Positions 1-17,080 of a stretch of 64,000 nt of DNA are shown here, piece after piece (within the stretch, counting starts at the first letter, position 1; each line of letters opens with the position of its first letter). The notes under the pieces are model-generated. The model had not been told where the DNA came from and did no database searches. It saw nothing but the letters and a program-made list of their open reading frames with translations. A program made the translations under genes and the position numbers. The stretch is from the human T2T-CHM13v2.0 reference genome, Homo sapiens, in NCBI RefSeq assembly GCF_009914755.1, contig NC_060947.1. One strand, written 5' to 3'.

Positions 1-1590
<1,590 letters not shown>

Positions 1591-2084
1591 CCCTGAGGAA
1601 CACACCACCCACCTGCCACCCCCCCATCCCCACACACACATATGCTACTCAATCACTCTGTACTTCAACCCATTCAGGAACTTGTTAGGATGACTTCAGC
1701 TTTGTTTTGCTTGGGAGTTTGTCCTTTCTGTCACTTCAAATTTCAAAATGATATGGTCATTTCAGAAGCCAAAATTGCAGTGCCCACACCACATGGAAAA
1801 TTTGTAGGCCAACACTTTCAGGATTCACCACAATATGAACAACAAGTCAACACAATGGTGGTTTACAAGGCAATAAATTTTTCCTTCAAGTTTTCGTGGT
1901 ACCATTTTCATATTAACTTCTAAGTTTGAAAAATTCTCTTAACCACCTCCTCCCTTTTCCTGTTGAACACCAATTTTTAAATTATCTGGTGGTTTAATAA
2001 ACTTCTCTTATTTTTCCACACTCTCTTCAACTGTGCTAGTATTTTTCAGGCTACTTTTCTTTCTAAATGCAGGGGGCAGGGAGA

Positions 2085-2290
2085 AAAAAACCAAAAACTG
2101 GACTTGAATTGGAAATTTGGGATTGGCCTCAACTCTGTCATTTATTAGCCATGTGACCTGTGGCTGGTCCTGTGATGACTCTGAGCCTAGTGGGCTCATC
2201 TATAAAACAATGTTATAAATACCTACACAAGTGGAGGATTCAAAAATATGGTACAAAGCTTGTGAAGAAGCTTTGTAAGTGCCAGGAGGC
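2085..2290 (+). mobile_element. MIR (decayed)
   Basis: Core-like 'tttattagccatgtgacctgtggc...ctctgagcctagtgggctcatctataaaa'. Confidence 0.6.
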
Positions 2291-2791
2291 TACACATAGG
2301 TAATTTTTATTCAGAGGCATCTTTGTGACATAAAATATCTGGCAAAAGAATGCATTGGCTTTCTTCTTCTCCCACTAGGAAGAAAGAGCACTGTCTCAGG
2401 TATCAGCACTCACTGCTGTAATTACAAATGTCTTCCCACTCTGAACTCCAGAAAACTCTCCTCACATTTCAGAACTATCCCAGGCCTGCTCTCAAGAAGG
2501 TAACTCTACTCCTACTATTTTGTAGCCCATAGTCTACTGATAACATATCCATATGCCTTCATATTCTCTAATGTCTCTGCCCTTTGCCTTATCCTCAAGG
2601 CTCTACCTCCCTTGCCAGCCTTTCCGAAGGAAGTTTGATTGCTCCTTCTCACACTTCCCATGACTTGGGGATGGGATTAGAATGACTAGGAGGAGATGGA
2701 ATAGTCCCTACTTTCTTCTATAGCTTTTAGGTTCCTGCCCCAACATCAACATGCTATAATGTTCCTAGTTTGTGTGTGTGTGGGGGGAGGG

Positions 2792-3107
<316 letters not shown>

Positions 3108-3522
3108 TAAGACTTTTGTCATATACTTACACATCTCTCCTTTCCCATTTATTGTTGTTCCATTTTGAGACACATTGCCAGGTGTTTTAAGACACTAGGC
3201 ATCCACTGCCATCCTTCTTTTCAAAGACATCATCCTCCAAGGCACTGACAACCCTACTGATGCCCCTTCTGACACCACAGTTCACAGATCCTTGTCCTTC
3301 AGTGCACTAAAAACTCATCTCTTTGGTACTTCCCCTCTAAGGAAGCATTACAATATACTTGACCATTTCATGTGACTAAGATCTCACACCGTGAGATCCC
3401 TCTAATAGACTACAACCTCCTGAACTTCCCAAGCTTTCAAATCCTAATTCCTGCTGCATCTCCTTCCTCATGCTGGCATCCACTTCCTGGATCCCTCCCT
3501 ACTTTTCTAGTGGATTGCCAAC

Positions 3523-3975
3523 TGTGGTCCAATGAATAGTGACCCTCCCAAAGGTTTCCACGTCTTAATCCTTAGAACCTGTGAATATGTTACCTTACAT
3601 GGCAAAAGGGATTTGCAGATGTTATTAAGTTTAGGATCTTGAGATGAGGTGATTTTCCAGGAGCCCAAAGTAATCGCAAGGATTCTTATAAGAGGGAGGC
3701 AGGAGGATCAAAGTCACACAAGGTGATATGAGGATGGAAGCAAAGACTGGAGTATGCAGCTGTGAACCAAAGAAAGTCAGCAGCCTTTAAAGCTGGGAAA
3801 AGCAAGAAAGATTCACCCTGGGGAAGTAGGGGAGACCTAGCACTGACACCTTGATTTCAACCCAGTGAAACTCATGTTGGATTTCTGGCCTTCAGAACTC
3901 TTAAGATAGTAAGTGCTGTATAAGCCATCAAGTAGGTGGTAATTTGTTACAGCAGCCATAGGAAACTAATATACA
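3523..3975 (+). mobile_element. MaLR solo LTR (MLT1C/D-like)
   Basis: TG...CA termini; 'gaacctgtgaatatgttaccttacatggcaaaagggatttgcagatg' and terminal 'tttgttacagcagccataggaaactaatataca'. Confidence 0.85.
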
Positions 3976-4380
3976 ACCATAGCTGAGTGGCCTCTTGACT
4001 CAGTTCTGAAAGAGCCAATGGTCAATAATTTGTTTTTCCCTTCACCCTAGAATTCCTCTTGCCAATTCCCAACTGACTTCTATTACAATTATGGAACTTT
4101 TCATTCCTACACATCTGTTTTTGAGTGATGTTAGAGCAGACCTTAAACTAATTAGGATCATTTATAAATTACTGAATTATATAAATCTTTTTCCTTGAAG
4201 ATTTCTCACCAGTGGCTCAGTAGTAGATGCTGAAAATATTTCTACTCTGTCTGGGTTACCAAATCCACCTCCACCCACTTCAGTCTTCAATGAACCCACC
4301 TTCTCTGACAAAACTGAGATAATCTACAACCTTTCAACTTTTCTTCTATCTATTTTTAGAACTGTTTTTAAAAATATAAT

Positions 4381-4588
4381 TTATTTTTTCTTTTTAATTG
4401 ATATATAATAGTTGTACATGTTTTTAGGGTACACATGATATTTTGATAGATGTACACAAAATAGTTAGAAGAGAAGATTGGAATGTTCCCAACACAAAGA
4501 AAAGATAAATGTTTGAGGTATAGATATTCCAATTACCCTGATTTGATCATTACACATTGTATACATGTATCAAAATATCACATATACC
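4381..4588. mobile_element. L1MA 3'-end fragment in two opposed pieces (4381-4457 minus, 4458-4588 plus)
   Basis: T-rich tail, then 'gttgtacatgtttttagggtacacatgatattttgata', then forward 'gaatgttcccaacacaaagaaaagataaatgtttgagg...tatcaaaatatcac'. Confidence 0.8.
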
Positions 4589-6939
4589 TCTTCTGCTTTT
4601 AACTGCCTCTTTTCTTCCCTCTTGTCTCAAATTCAGTGCCCTTTTTCCTTCTCAGCTCTATGTACGTCCTTTCCATATCCCCTAGATCCCATGCCATTCT
4701 GCATCTTCCTGGGTCTCACACCATCTATTAGCTTCAATCACTGGGGTGCATAAGAAGGAGTCTTGTGCACTGGGAGCTCCACTCCCAGGTTCAGGGAAGC
4801 ACTACCTAAGCCATCCAAGATAAAAATCATTCTCATGTTGTTTCCTAAGATCCCCAAAGCTAGATCCATAGCTTGTTTCTTTTTACCATATTTTCTTGCC
4901 TTAAATATAAAGACTTTCTCAAGTTGAAGAGAGCATTCTATTGTTCTGCCGTTTGGAGACACACAGGAAAAATAATAGACACAATGACATTAATAGGAAT
5001 TCTCTAAGATCATGTGGATTGCAGATATTCTATACCACTGTCTCCATAAATATAAAATGACCCATTTGTTTTGTTTTGTTTTGTTTTGTTTTGGAAATTA
5101 GAGTCACTCTTCCCATGATACTTAAAGAACTGTGCCTTTTGGGTAATAGACACTCACTAAATATTATTGAATTAAATATTCAAAATAGCTCATTGAAATG
5201 GACATTTTTCATGAGCTGCATCATCATGGGCATTGGACTCTTAACCCAAACAGCTAGATTTGCCTTCAGGTAAGAATCTCTCCATCTCTGTCCCCATAAA
5301 TTTGTTACAAAATAATATATTCATCAGTGTATAACCTTTACCATGTGGCTTCCCACTGTGAAAACAGAATTAGGTGCTTTTTACTGCTGACACTAATATA
5401 TGCTTGTTATAGGCTTCAAAAATGTCATGTAATAGTTCCAAAAATTTTCGCTGGCAATTGAAGCCCATGGATAAAGAGAAAGAAGCATAAAAGGGAACAG
5501 TTGTGTATATATATATGTGTGTCTATATATATATACATAATAACTGACATTATGTTGATGTTAAAGATGTCAACATTTTTGGGGAAAAATATTGCTTATT
5601 TTAAAATGTCTAACATTATTCTAGCCAAATAAATAAAGAATCAAGCTCTTGCAGAAATATAATCCTTTTGAAAAAGGTATAGATTTTTTCGTATAGCTAT
5701 TTTCTTTTTGCTTAAATTAATTGCATTTGTATGTAAAGCACACAGACCTATATTTAAAAAGTGTATTATATATACTAACCTTCTCAAAATTTATATTTTC
5801 AATCTGTGAATTTACATATATATGAAATATATAAACCATTTCAATGATAGTACCAGAATACATTTTAAATCCCAATTTATGAAAATATCTTAAAGAAATT
5901 ATGAAGACATTTAAATAAGAAAAGCAATATGGAGTACTGAGAAGAAAGTACATGTTTGAGCTAATCCAACCTGGATTTGAACCGTTATCACTCACTATGT
6001 ATTATTTAATAAGTTCAATCCCATTAATACCAAAAATGACATATAATAATATTGTAATTCTCATCTTCCTCGATGTTATGGAGCTTAAATGAGTCACAGC
6101 CTTTCCAAAAACATGGATTTCTTTTCTTCCTTCTGTTTAAGAACTGTATCTAATTTTACCCCCAAGCGTGCCCAACACAATGCTTTAAATAAAGTAGATA
6201 TTCAATAAATGTTTACTAAGTCAATCAATGTCTTGCAAATCACTTGGCAATGCACATTATCTATTTTCCTCCACACTGAGAAAAAACCTTCATAGATAAA
6301 TCAAGTTAATCATTTCCCTTAACCTAAGAACTACACCTCAATTTCTTTCAGAGAACCTTACATTTTGAGTCTCTATGAGTTTCTTGTAAATTATGTCTTC
6401 TATGGGGCTCGGCAATCAAGTGGCTAAAAAGAAAAGAGATGCCAAAATTTAAGGAAAAGGAAAACACATGATTTTAGCCATGGTATTGCTTCAGAAGGTT
6501 TTATACACTTGACCTTTGATAAACATGTTTTTTCTCCCAACAGCTATTCCTGATTTTACTCCAAGGTGGCTTTCCCAAGACCAGAACCAGCTCATGAAAA
6601 AAGAGCCCAATCAGGAAAGGGTGGTTAGACTCTAATCACCCTGGGCAGTCCCTGCCTCTTCTCCTTGGTGCTCCTCATTCCCCTGCAGGTACCAACCAGT
6701 CCTTTAGCATCCTTACGGGGCCCCTCTCTAGGATTTGGGGAGTGAGTGAAAGAGTTGGCACATCCCAGTTTACGGAGGGCAGACCATGTGCAGGGGCTTC
6801 ACAAACATCATCAACTTTCACCCTTCCAGCATTCCTGCTGGGAGACCCTCCTTCATTTTCAGAAGAGAGTCATTTGGGGTTCAACCAGTTTCAATAAATC
6901 ATTTGCCCACGTCACAGAAAAAGGAAGGATTAGACCTAG

Positions 6940-7205
6940 TTTTCTTTTTCTTAAGATACATCATATATCATACAACTTGCCCTTTTAAACTATACAGTTC
7001 AGTGGTTTTTGGTACATTCATGATGTTGTGCAACTATCACCACTGTCTAATTTAAGAACATTTTTATCCCTCTAAAAGTAAACCCCATACCTTTTAGCAG
7101 TTACTCCTTACAACACCCCACCCTCAGTCTTAGGCAACCACTACTTTCTGTCTGTATGGATTTACCTATTCTGTACTTTTTATATAAATGGAATTTCATA
7201 TTGTT
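6940..7205 (-). mobile_element. L1MB 3'-end fragment
   Basis: 'tatacagttcagtggtttttggtacattca...gtgcaactatcaccact...ggatttacctattctg', typical of an L1MB 3' end. Confidence 0.75.
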
Positions 7206-7268
7206 TTTGTAAAAGAAAGGAGTAAACTAGGATATATTTTATATATGTATAAAGAACCTACAGAAAGA

Positions 7269-7630
7269 TATTTTAGTCCGTTTGGGCTGCTAAAACCAAA
7301 TACCTTAGACTGGGTAATTTATAAATAATAGAAATTTATTTCTCACAATTCTGAAGGTTGGGAAGTCTAAGATCAAGGCACTGGCTGATTGGTGTCTGGT
7401 GAAGGCCTGCTTACTGGTTCATAGACAGGGCCTTCTCGCTCTGTCCTCATATGGTGAAAGGGGTGAGGGAGCTCCCTGGGGTCTCTTTTATAAGAGCACC
7501 AATCCCATTCATGAGGCTCCGCCCTCATGACCTAATCACTTCTCAAAGTCCCCACCTTCAAATACCATCACATTGGTATTAAGTTTAAATATATGAATTT
7601 TGGAGGTACACAAATGTTCAGTTTATAGCA
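7269..7630 (-). mobile_element. MaLR solo LTR (MLT1A-like)
   Basis: 'ttagtccgtttgggctgc...aaatttatttctcacaattctgaaggttgggaagtctaagatcaagg...atgaattttggagg...tatagca'. Confidence 0.88.
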
Positions 7631-7719
7631 ATGATGGAAGGGGAAACTGAAGAGATTCCAAGGGTAAGAGGGGCTCAACCCACCACTGTCGGCAGGGGCC
7701 AGGGGAAAGCAAGAGAAAG

Positions 7720-8027
7720 AATGTAGGCAGCTGCTGGGAGCAGAGCGGTCTGACTGACAGCCAGCAAGGAAACGGGGACCTCAAGCCTACAACCGCAAGG
7801 AATTGAATTGGCTAACAACGCCAAAGAACTTGGAAGTGGATTTTTCTCAGAGTCTCCTGAGGAGAGCCTAGTTGGCTGACACATTGATTTCAGCCTTGTG
7901 AGCCCCTGAGCAGAGAAATCAGCCAAGCCAACTCGACTTCTGACTTACAGAGCAGTGAGATTTTGTGTTGTTTTAAGTTGCTATATTTGTGGTAATATGT
8001 TGCAGCAGCAATAGGAAACTAATACGC
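7720..8027 (+). mobile_element. MaLR LTR 3' part (MLT1E-like)
   Basis: 'gacagccagcaaggaaacggggacctca...ttgatttcagccttgtgag...gcagcaataggaaactaatac'. Confidence 0.8.
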
Positions 8028-8379
8028 ACCTAGCTGTATTATTTGTCTTCTTATTATAAATAAAGATTGAAAGCTAGTGGAAAACCAAACAGACTATGCT
8101 AACATAATTGAGAGTAAGGCTAGTTTCCTAGTGACATAACTTATCCAGTCAAAAGGTCATGATAGTTTTTAAATTTTGTTTTGCGCACCTACGCTTGATA
8201 ATTTTAGTCTGAAAATTGTAATTTTGACAAAAATCTCCAGGGAAGCAAATCTTTCTAGTAAAACTTGAATGGCAGGCTTATTAACCCAATGTTCTCTGTC
8301 TCCTAAATCTAGAGCCTTCCCTTAATACTAAAATTCCAGGATATAAACATGGTTTCTTTCATTCTTAAGAAGTTGATTA

Positions 8380-8642
8380 ACAACATGCCCCGGTGTGTGA
8401 TGTTCCCCTTCCTGTGTCCATGTGTTCTCATTGTTCAATTCCCACCTATGAGTGAGAACATGCGGTGTTTGGTTTTGTTGTGGGGTGGGGGGAGGGGGGA
8501 GGGATAGCATTGGGAGATATACCTAATGTTAAATGACGAGTTAATGGGTGCAGCACACCAACATGGCACATGTATGCATATGTGACTAGCCTGCACATTA
8601 TGCACATGTACCCTAAAACTTAAAGTACAATAATAAAAAAAA
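8380..8642 (+). mobile_element. Short L1PA (PA4-6-like) insertion with 5' inversion (twin priming)
   Basis: 8380-8476 is inverted L1 3' UTR; 8476-8642 is forward 3' UTR plus A-tail. TSD aagaagttg(a/g)tta at 8367-8379 and 8641-8653, at a TT/AAGA endonuclease site. Confidence 0.93.
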
Positions 8643-9040
8643 GAAGTTGGTTACAACTGATAAAAATTAAATTGATAGACTCTAAAGAGACAGACACTTG
8701 GCTTAAAGGAGAATGTTTGCCTTGTCTATTTGAAATGTCTAAAGGTTAACTCTGCACTTTATCTAACCTTTAACCATACAGTTTTTCCTTTTGGTATTGG
8801 GTATGTTCCAGAGCTTTTCTAAAGGAGTTTAATGTTATTACATGGGGAAAATGGTCAAATAAGTGGTCTTTAATACAGAATTAAGATGAAAGTTCTAAGA
8901 ACACCATTTCTCTTATTATCATTTAGCTCTATATGGCTAAGTACTTTGTGTGAAAACAAAAACAGTTCAAAATTGACTACATTCTATGAGAAAAAGCAGA
9001 AATATTTTTCCTACCTAATTTGTTGGAAAAGCTTAATTAA

Positions 9041-11508
<2,468 letters not shown>

Positions 11509-11534
11509 CTACCCACTGCTGTCAATATTTATTT

Positions 11535-11747
11535 CAGTAGTTCTCAACCAGGGGAGATTTTGCCTCCTAGGGCACATTTGGCAATGACTGGAGGTGTTTT
11601 TGACTGTCACAACTGGGGGTGTGCTAGTCAATCTAGTGCGTAGAGGCCAGGGGTGCTGCTGAACTTCATACAACGCACAGGACAGCCCCTTCTACAGATA
11701 ATTGTCCAGCTTCCAAATGACAATAGTGCCAAGTTTGAAAAATTCTG
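11535..11747 (+). mobile_element. MER20 (hAT-Charlie DNA transposon)
   Basis: cagtagttctcaa...gaaaaattctg termini; internal 'gtagaggccaggggtgctgctgaac'. Confidence 0.85.
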
Positions 11748-14369
11748 GTTTAGATGGATCTAGAGAGGTGGGTCAGTAATGAATAAAGATATGGAGTTCT
11801 CCATTTAGGACAATTAATGAAAGCCATGTTAGTACAGGATTGTTGTGAGAGAGGGAGAGGGATAGGGAGAGAAAGAGGTTTGACAAATGTCTATATTAAA
11901 CTATATTAAAGTAACAGAAAGAGAGACCAAAAAGTAGAGGCAAAAACCAAGTGATCAGAGAAATAGGAAGATAAGGATAACAGAGTGTCACAAAAATAAG
12001 GAGGGAGACAATTCTAAGGAAGACTTGGTCAGCAAGGTTGAATGCTATGGAGCAGGAGTGTTGAATGAGCACGAAGGAAACACCATGACTTTCATACTAG
12101 GATATTATGGGTGACCTCCAAAATATAAGCTTTAAGTGAACAGTGAATTTTGGAGAAGAGTTCAAGGCTTGAAGGAATCGGAACAGATGCTTTTTTTTTT
12201 TTAATTTCTGTTTATTTTTGTTTGTTCTATTGCCTTTTTAAGACAGAAAAAGATGGAGAATGTGGTTATGCTGACAAAACCACCACCAGGCAGGATAAAA
12301 AATATCATTGTGCTAAAAATTATCCTCTGAAATAATTAGCATTTCAATAAAAATTTTAATTTTTTTCACAATTTCAAGCAATCACAACATTTAAAGAGGC
12401 ATATATCATATATGACATTTAAAGGGAGATATGAACTATCTTGTGAAAAACGAGACATAATTTAATACAAAGAAGATACTCTTCTTCCCTCCTTGTTCTT
12501 CTTATACCTAGTTGTAAAGTCCAGTTTATGCAACATACAACAAATGAAAGTTAATTGGATCTAAACAATTAGTCAACTGGGGTGAAGGGACTGCAAAGAG
12601 GAGAGCATTGGTTATAATGCTCTCGGCATGATGACCACCAGTTGGTAAACCAATTTGGTTTCTGCACTTTTCAGCTGATTTTTTCTGAATAGTATAGAGA
12701 GGTTAACTCTGATTTTCCCATTTGAAACCAAAATGGATTTGACATCAAAACTATTTCTTTAAGTAAGCCATAAAAATAATCTGTTCAACTGTCTGCCTCC
12801 TTCATGCTGGGCTGCTGGTTGCCATGCTGGACTGCGAACTGTCATGCCAGGCTTGAAAAGCCATTACTTCACATAAAACCCAGGCCCGCCCCCATGGTCC
12901 CACATAGCTCTTGATGGGCATGCTCTGTGGCTCCTTGGATCAGGCCTGAGAGCTGGAAAGTCGCTATGGAGCAGCAGACAGAGTCAATCAAACGAGAACT
13001 TCCTTTGGGCAAGTGCAACTACAGGAAACAATAATAGACTTCAGATTTCTGGGAGGGATTCTTCTTATCCAGTCTCTTAAAAACAGAAAGCTTTTCTCAG
13101 ACCCTTAAGTGAATTTAGTTCCAGCTTTCTTTCAGCTTTGGGTTGGAGAGAATGTAGCTGAGTAATAACTAACAAGTATAATGCATTCACTCTCTTCAAA
13201 GCCTCTGCCATACCATTTTAGGGGTAGAACTGAAGCCCAAAGCCATGTGCATTTCAGCCCCTGTGAGTTGGTTAGCTCCCTGTGTCACAGTGTCTCATCC
13301 TAAGTCAGTTTATATGAAGGGTTGTGGATAGAACATCATATTCTTTGTATAACTACTGGAAAATAAAGACGCCCTCTTTCTGATGTGAGTCCTATAGCGT
13401 CTTGCATGAAAAAGAGAACATTATATTATTCTTGGTGATCAGAATAGATGCTATCTAGAAGATACTCACCTATACAATTCGATTTCCAATTCATTAGTAC
13501 GTGAGCTGGCTACCCTGCCATGTTCCCCCACTGGTTCTGCAAGTCCACAACCCTCAGTCTGTCCATCCCCCTCTTCCCCTTCCATGACTTTGGCATGACA
13601 CACACTTATGTCTCTCTAACTCCTCCCCTACTACCACCTTGCCCAACACTTCAGAGCAGCACCCCAGGATCTTGGCATTTAAGTTGTGAAAAGTCACCAG
13701 GCTTAACTGTATCAATGGCCCTACTGAATGCTCATACAAATAAATTATGGTTTAGTGTAAAAAACCCCACTGCCTTTGTAAATGCTGCAGTAACACTCAT
13801 TACATCAGAACAGAGCCAAAGAAAGAAGCTTAGATTTAATCTGTTTTAATCTCAGTTATTTCCTAATATAAAAGACTGTGGGCATTTTCACATTCTTTGG
13901 AAGGATTAGCGAAGGCCAACATGAATAACAAATTGACATTTCTGAAGTTCTGGAAGAGCCAAAAGCAATATAAAAGGAAGGCAGACAGATCAAATTTCTG
14001 AACAGAATTATTTTTCTTAGCAGAGTTTAAAAGTTAACATTAGGAACAAATGTTAAACAGCTCTGCACAGTTATTTATCTTTACCTGGAACACATTTTGC
14101 CAAACAGTTTAACTGACAATTTAGAAAGACATATCTTCATGTTATAGAGACAAAGAAACTTCTTCTATGTGACAGGCATAATAAGAGTTTTTTTAGAGTA
14201 ATCTGTATAACAATTTTTACATTCCTCTAGTCATTTTATTGTCTGAAATATTCCAGAACTAATGCTGCCATTTTTTTTTTAGTGAAGAGTATGTTGGTTC
14301 CCATGAAATCGTTGAATATTTGTGTTAAAAGAGATTTAAAGAAAAGTAATCTACTTCAGCTTTTCATTT

Positions 14370-14490
14370 CATAAATGAGGAAAGTCAGGCTAAGAAAGAG
14401 TACCCAAGCAACCAGTGTCATAAAATCACAGATCTATGACAGTTCAGGCCTAGGATCCTGGTTTTCTGATGACTCATCCAATGATCTTTT
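14370..14490 (-). mobile_element. MIR fragment
   Basis: 'ataaatgaggaaagtcaggctaaga...acccaag'. Confidence 0.45.
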
Positions 14491-14829
14491 CATTTATCTT
14501 TGTCCTTTTCCTCAAGAAGATTATATTTTATCATTATATAGTATTAACTTGCTCCATTATAACCACATTCCAATTTGCTTTGATGTATCTTAAATCAAAA
14601 TAGCAAAAACAAATTGACTCTTGTGGCTCTACTTGTCTTAATGCCCCACAAAGTCACTGAGAAATGCTGTGAGGGTTGGGTCCATCCCAGCCCTTGGATA
14701 TAGATATTTTCACATGTAACAGAATTGTGAAATGAAAAGATTTCTAAGATATTAGTTCTACGATAGGATTCTAAATCCTAACACATTCTGCCTTCCCTCT
14801 TAGTCCTAGACATAGGGTTTAGTCCAAAC

Positions 14830-15052
14830 CAGGGTTTCTCAACCTTACCACTATTGACTTTTAGGGTCAGATAATTTTTGTAGGTGAGTATCAACCTGTG
14901 CCTTGCAAGGTGCTTAGCAGCATCCCTGGCTTCTACCTACTAGATGCCAGTAGCACCCCACCCCTAAATTGTGACAACCAAAAATGTCTCCAGAAATTGC
15001 CAGAAGTCTCCTGGGGTGGGGGTACAAAATCACCTCAAATTGAGGATCATTG
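14830..15052 (-). mobile_element. MER20 with 8-bp hAT TSD
   Basis: cagggtttctcaacc...tgaggatcattg; TSD gtc(c/t)aaac at 14822-14829 and 15053-15060. Confidence 0.9.
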
Positions 15053-15754
15053 GTCTAAACCCTTTAGCACTTACATAAACCTTGACACAAAATAGGAGCA
15101 AAGCAGAGATGAAAAGTGGGATACAAAGGAACTTACTGGCATCTTTGACTATGAACCTTCCTTGACTCTAAAGCCAATTAAATGTTTTGGTGGAAAAAAA
15201 GGAAAGTTGTTTTAATCAACCATATGCCTTTCCTCACTCCCACCACACTTTTGCCTTAAAGTTTGTTTTTGTTGCCATGAAAACAGAGCCTGCCTGTTTG
15301 TAATTATAATATTATTCTGCAGCAAATTTCAGAAAGCGCCAATTGGTACACTTCCAACCTCAAATTCTCTCCCTCTTCATCTCCCTTCCCTAGACAGGAG
15401 TTTAGAGAGGGGGAAGGAATGAGAGAAGAATGCCTGGTATCCTCAGCTCTGACCTCCTAATGCCTGCACTCAGCATAAACCTCTCAGGTCTCCAGGACCT
15501 GGCAATCAAACCTTCCAACACGGCCTTGTCTCTGACTGAACTTCATTTGTTCAGCATTTTCACCCAAAACCACAGAACTTTGATAAGAGTTAGTCAGGAC
15601 TCAATGATGGTGAAGAAAGGGAAGGGAGAGGTAAGACAAGTAGACCCATGAGAATCAATTTGTTCTTGCTATTTTGAGTGCAGATACATCGAAGTAAATT
15701 GGAATGTGGTTACACTGGAGCAAGTTAATACTATACAATGATAAATACCCATTC

Positions 15755-16202
15755 TTTTTTTTTTAATTATACTTTAAGTTTTAGGGTACATGTGCACATT
15801 GTGCAGGTTAGTTACATATGTATACATGTGCCATGCTGGTGTGCTGCACCCACTAACTCGTCATCTAGCATTAGGTATATCTCCCGATGCTATCCCTCCC
15901 CCCTCCCCCCACCCCACAACAGTCCCCAGAGTGTGATATTCCCCTTCCTGTGTCCATGTGATCTCATTGTTCAGTTCCCACCTATGAGTGAGAATATGCG
16001 GTGTTTGGTTTTTTGTTCTTGCGATAGTTTACTGAGAATGATGATTTTCAATTTCATCCATGTCCCTACAAAGGACATGAACTCGTCATTTTTTATGGCT
16101 GCATAGTATTCCATGGTGTATATGTGCCACATTTTCTTAATCCAGTCTATCATTGTTGGACACTTGGGTTGGTTCCAAGTCTTTGCTATTGTGAATAATG
16201 CC
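15755..16202 (-). mobile_element. Young 5'-truncated L1PA2-like element inserted in the A-tail of an older L1
   Basis: Sense-strand diagnostics gagatcacatgg, gaatatcac and gatgacgagttagtggg (GAG, not the L1HS-Ta ACA). ORF 15971..16153 is the ORF2 C-terminus. Confidence 0.93.
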
Positions 16203-16327
16203 TTTTTTCAATTTTTATTTTTGTTTTTATTTTAAGTTCCGGGGTACATGTGCAGGATATGCAGGTTTGTTACATAGGTAAATGTGTGCCATGGTAGTTT
16301 GCTGCACCTATCAACCCATCACCTAGT
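16203..16327 (-). mobile_element. Older L1PA (PA8-13-like) 3' tip, host of the nested insertion
   Basis: 'aagttccggggtacatgtgcaggatatgcaggtttgttacataggtaaatgtgtgccatgg'. The 16-bp TSD ataaatacccattctt at 15741-15756 and 16328-16343 brackets both L1 pieces. Confidence 0.9.
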
Positions 16328-16407
16328 ATAAATACCCATTCTTAATGAAAATGAGTTATAGTATTATTTTATTCATAGCCTGTGTTACTTCTCTGAATAT
16401 GTCAGTA

Positions 16408-16501
16408 ATAAACATGTTGTAGAAATTTAATAGAAATATCTAATAGATGTCGTTATAAACATGCTGTAGAAATTTAATAGAAATATATAATAGATGTGGT
16501 T
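16408..16501. repeat. Tandem duplication, 47-bp unit x2
   Basis: ataaacatg(t/c)tgtagaaatttaatagaaatat(c/a)taatagatgt(c/g)gtt twice, with 3 mismatches. Confidence 0.95.
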
Positions 16502-16524
16502 CTTACATAATTTCTTCTCTGGCC

Positions 16525-17080
16525 TTTTACAGCTTGAGATATAATTTACACACAATAAATTGTTCAAATCTAAACTGTAAAGCTCTATAAATTTTTGCAT
16601 ATGTATATATTCATGGAACTGCTTCCCAGATGAAGATATAGAACATTTTCATTATAGAAAGCTTCTCCTGTTTCCATCTAGTTAGTATCCACCCTTACCT
16701 CCCGGGCAAGCAATATTGTGATTTCTACCAATGAAAGAATAGCTTTGTCTGTTTTTTTATCCCATAAATTAAATTGTACAGTATGTACTCTTTGTGCCTT
16801 TTGAGGCACATGTTGAAGAACATGAGAAACATGTTGAGTTTCTAAGGTTCATTCATTCAGTTTTATGTGCCAATGGTTTGTTCTTTTTTGTTGCTATGTA
16901 GTATTCCTCCATCCAAATAAAACACAGACTCCTGTTGATGGATATTTGTGCCTGTGTATATGTATGTGTCTATATGGACTATTATGAATAAAAATGCAAA
17001 GAAAATGGGGTGTACTAGTCTTTGTGTGGATATATGCACTTGTTTATCTTGGGTATATAACTCAGAATAAAATTCTAATA
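16525..17080 (-). mobile_element. Ancient L1M (MC/MD/ME) 3' fragment
   Basis: 'ttgagatataatttacacacaataaa...gatatagaacatttt...cttgggtatata'. Confidence 0.7.

Noticed and set aside
15850-15870. Possible active-lineage L1HS-Ta insertion
   Set aside because: The diagnostic trinucleotide reads GAG, not ACA, in both PA2-type copies.
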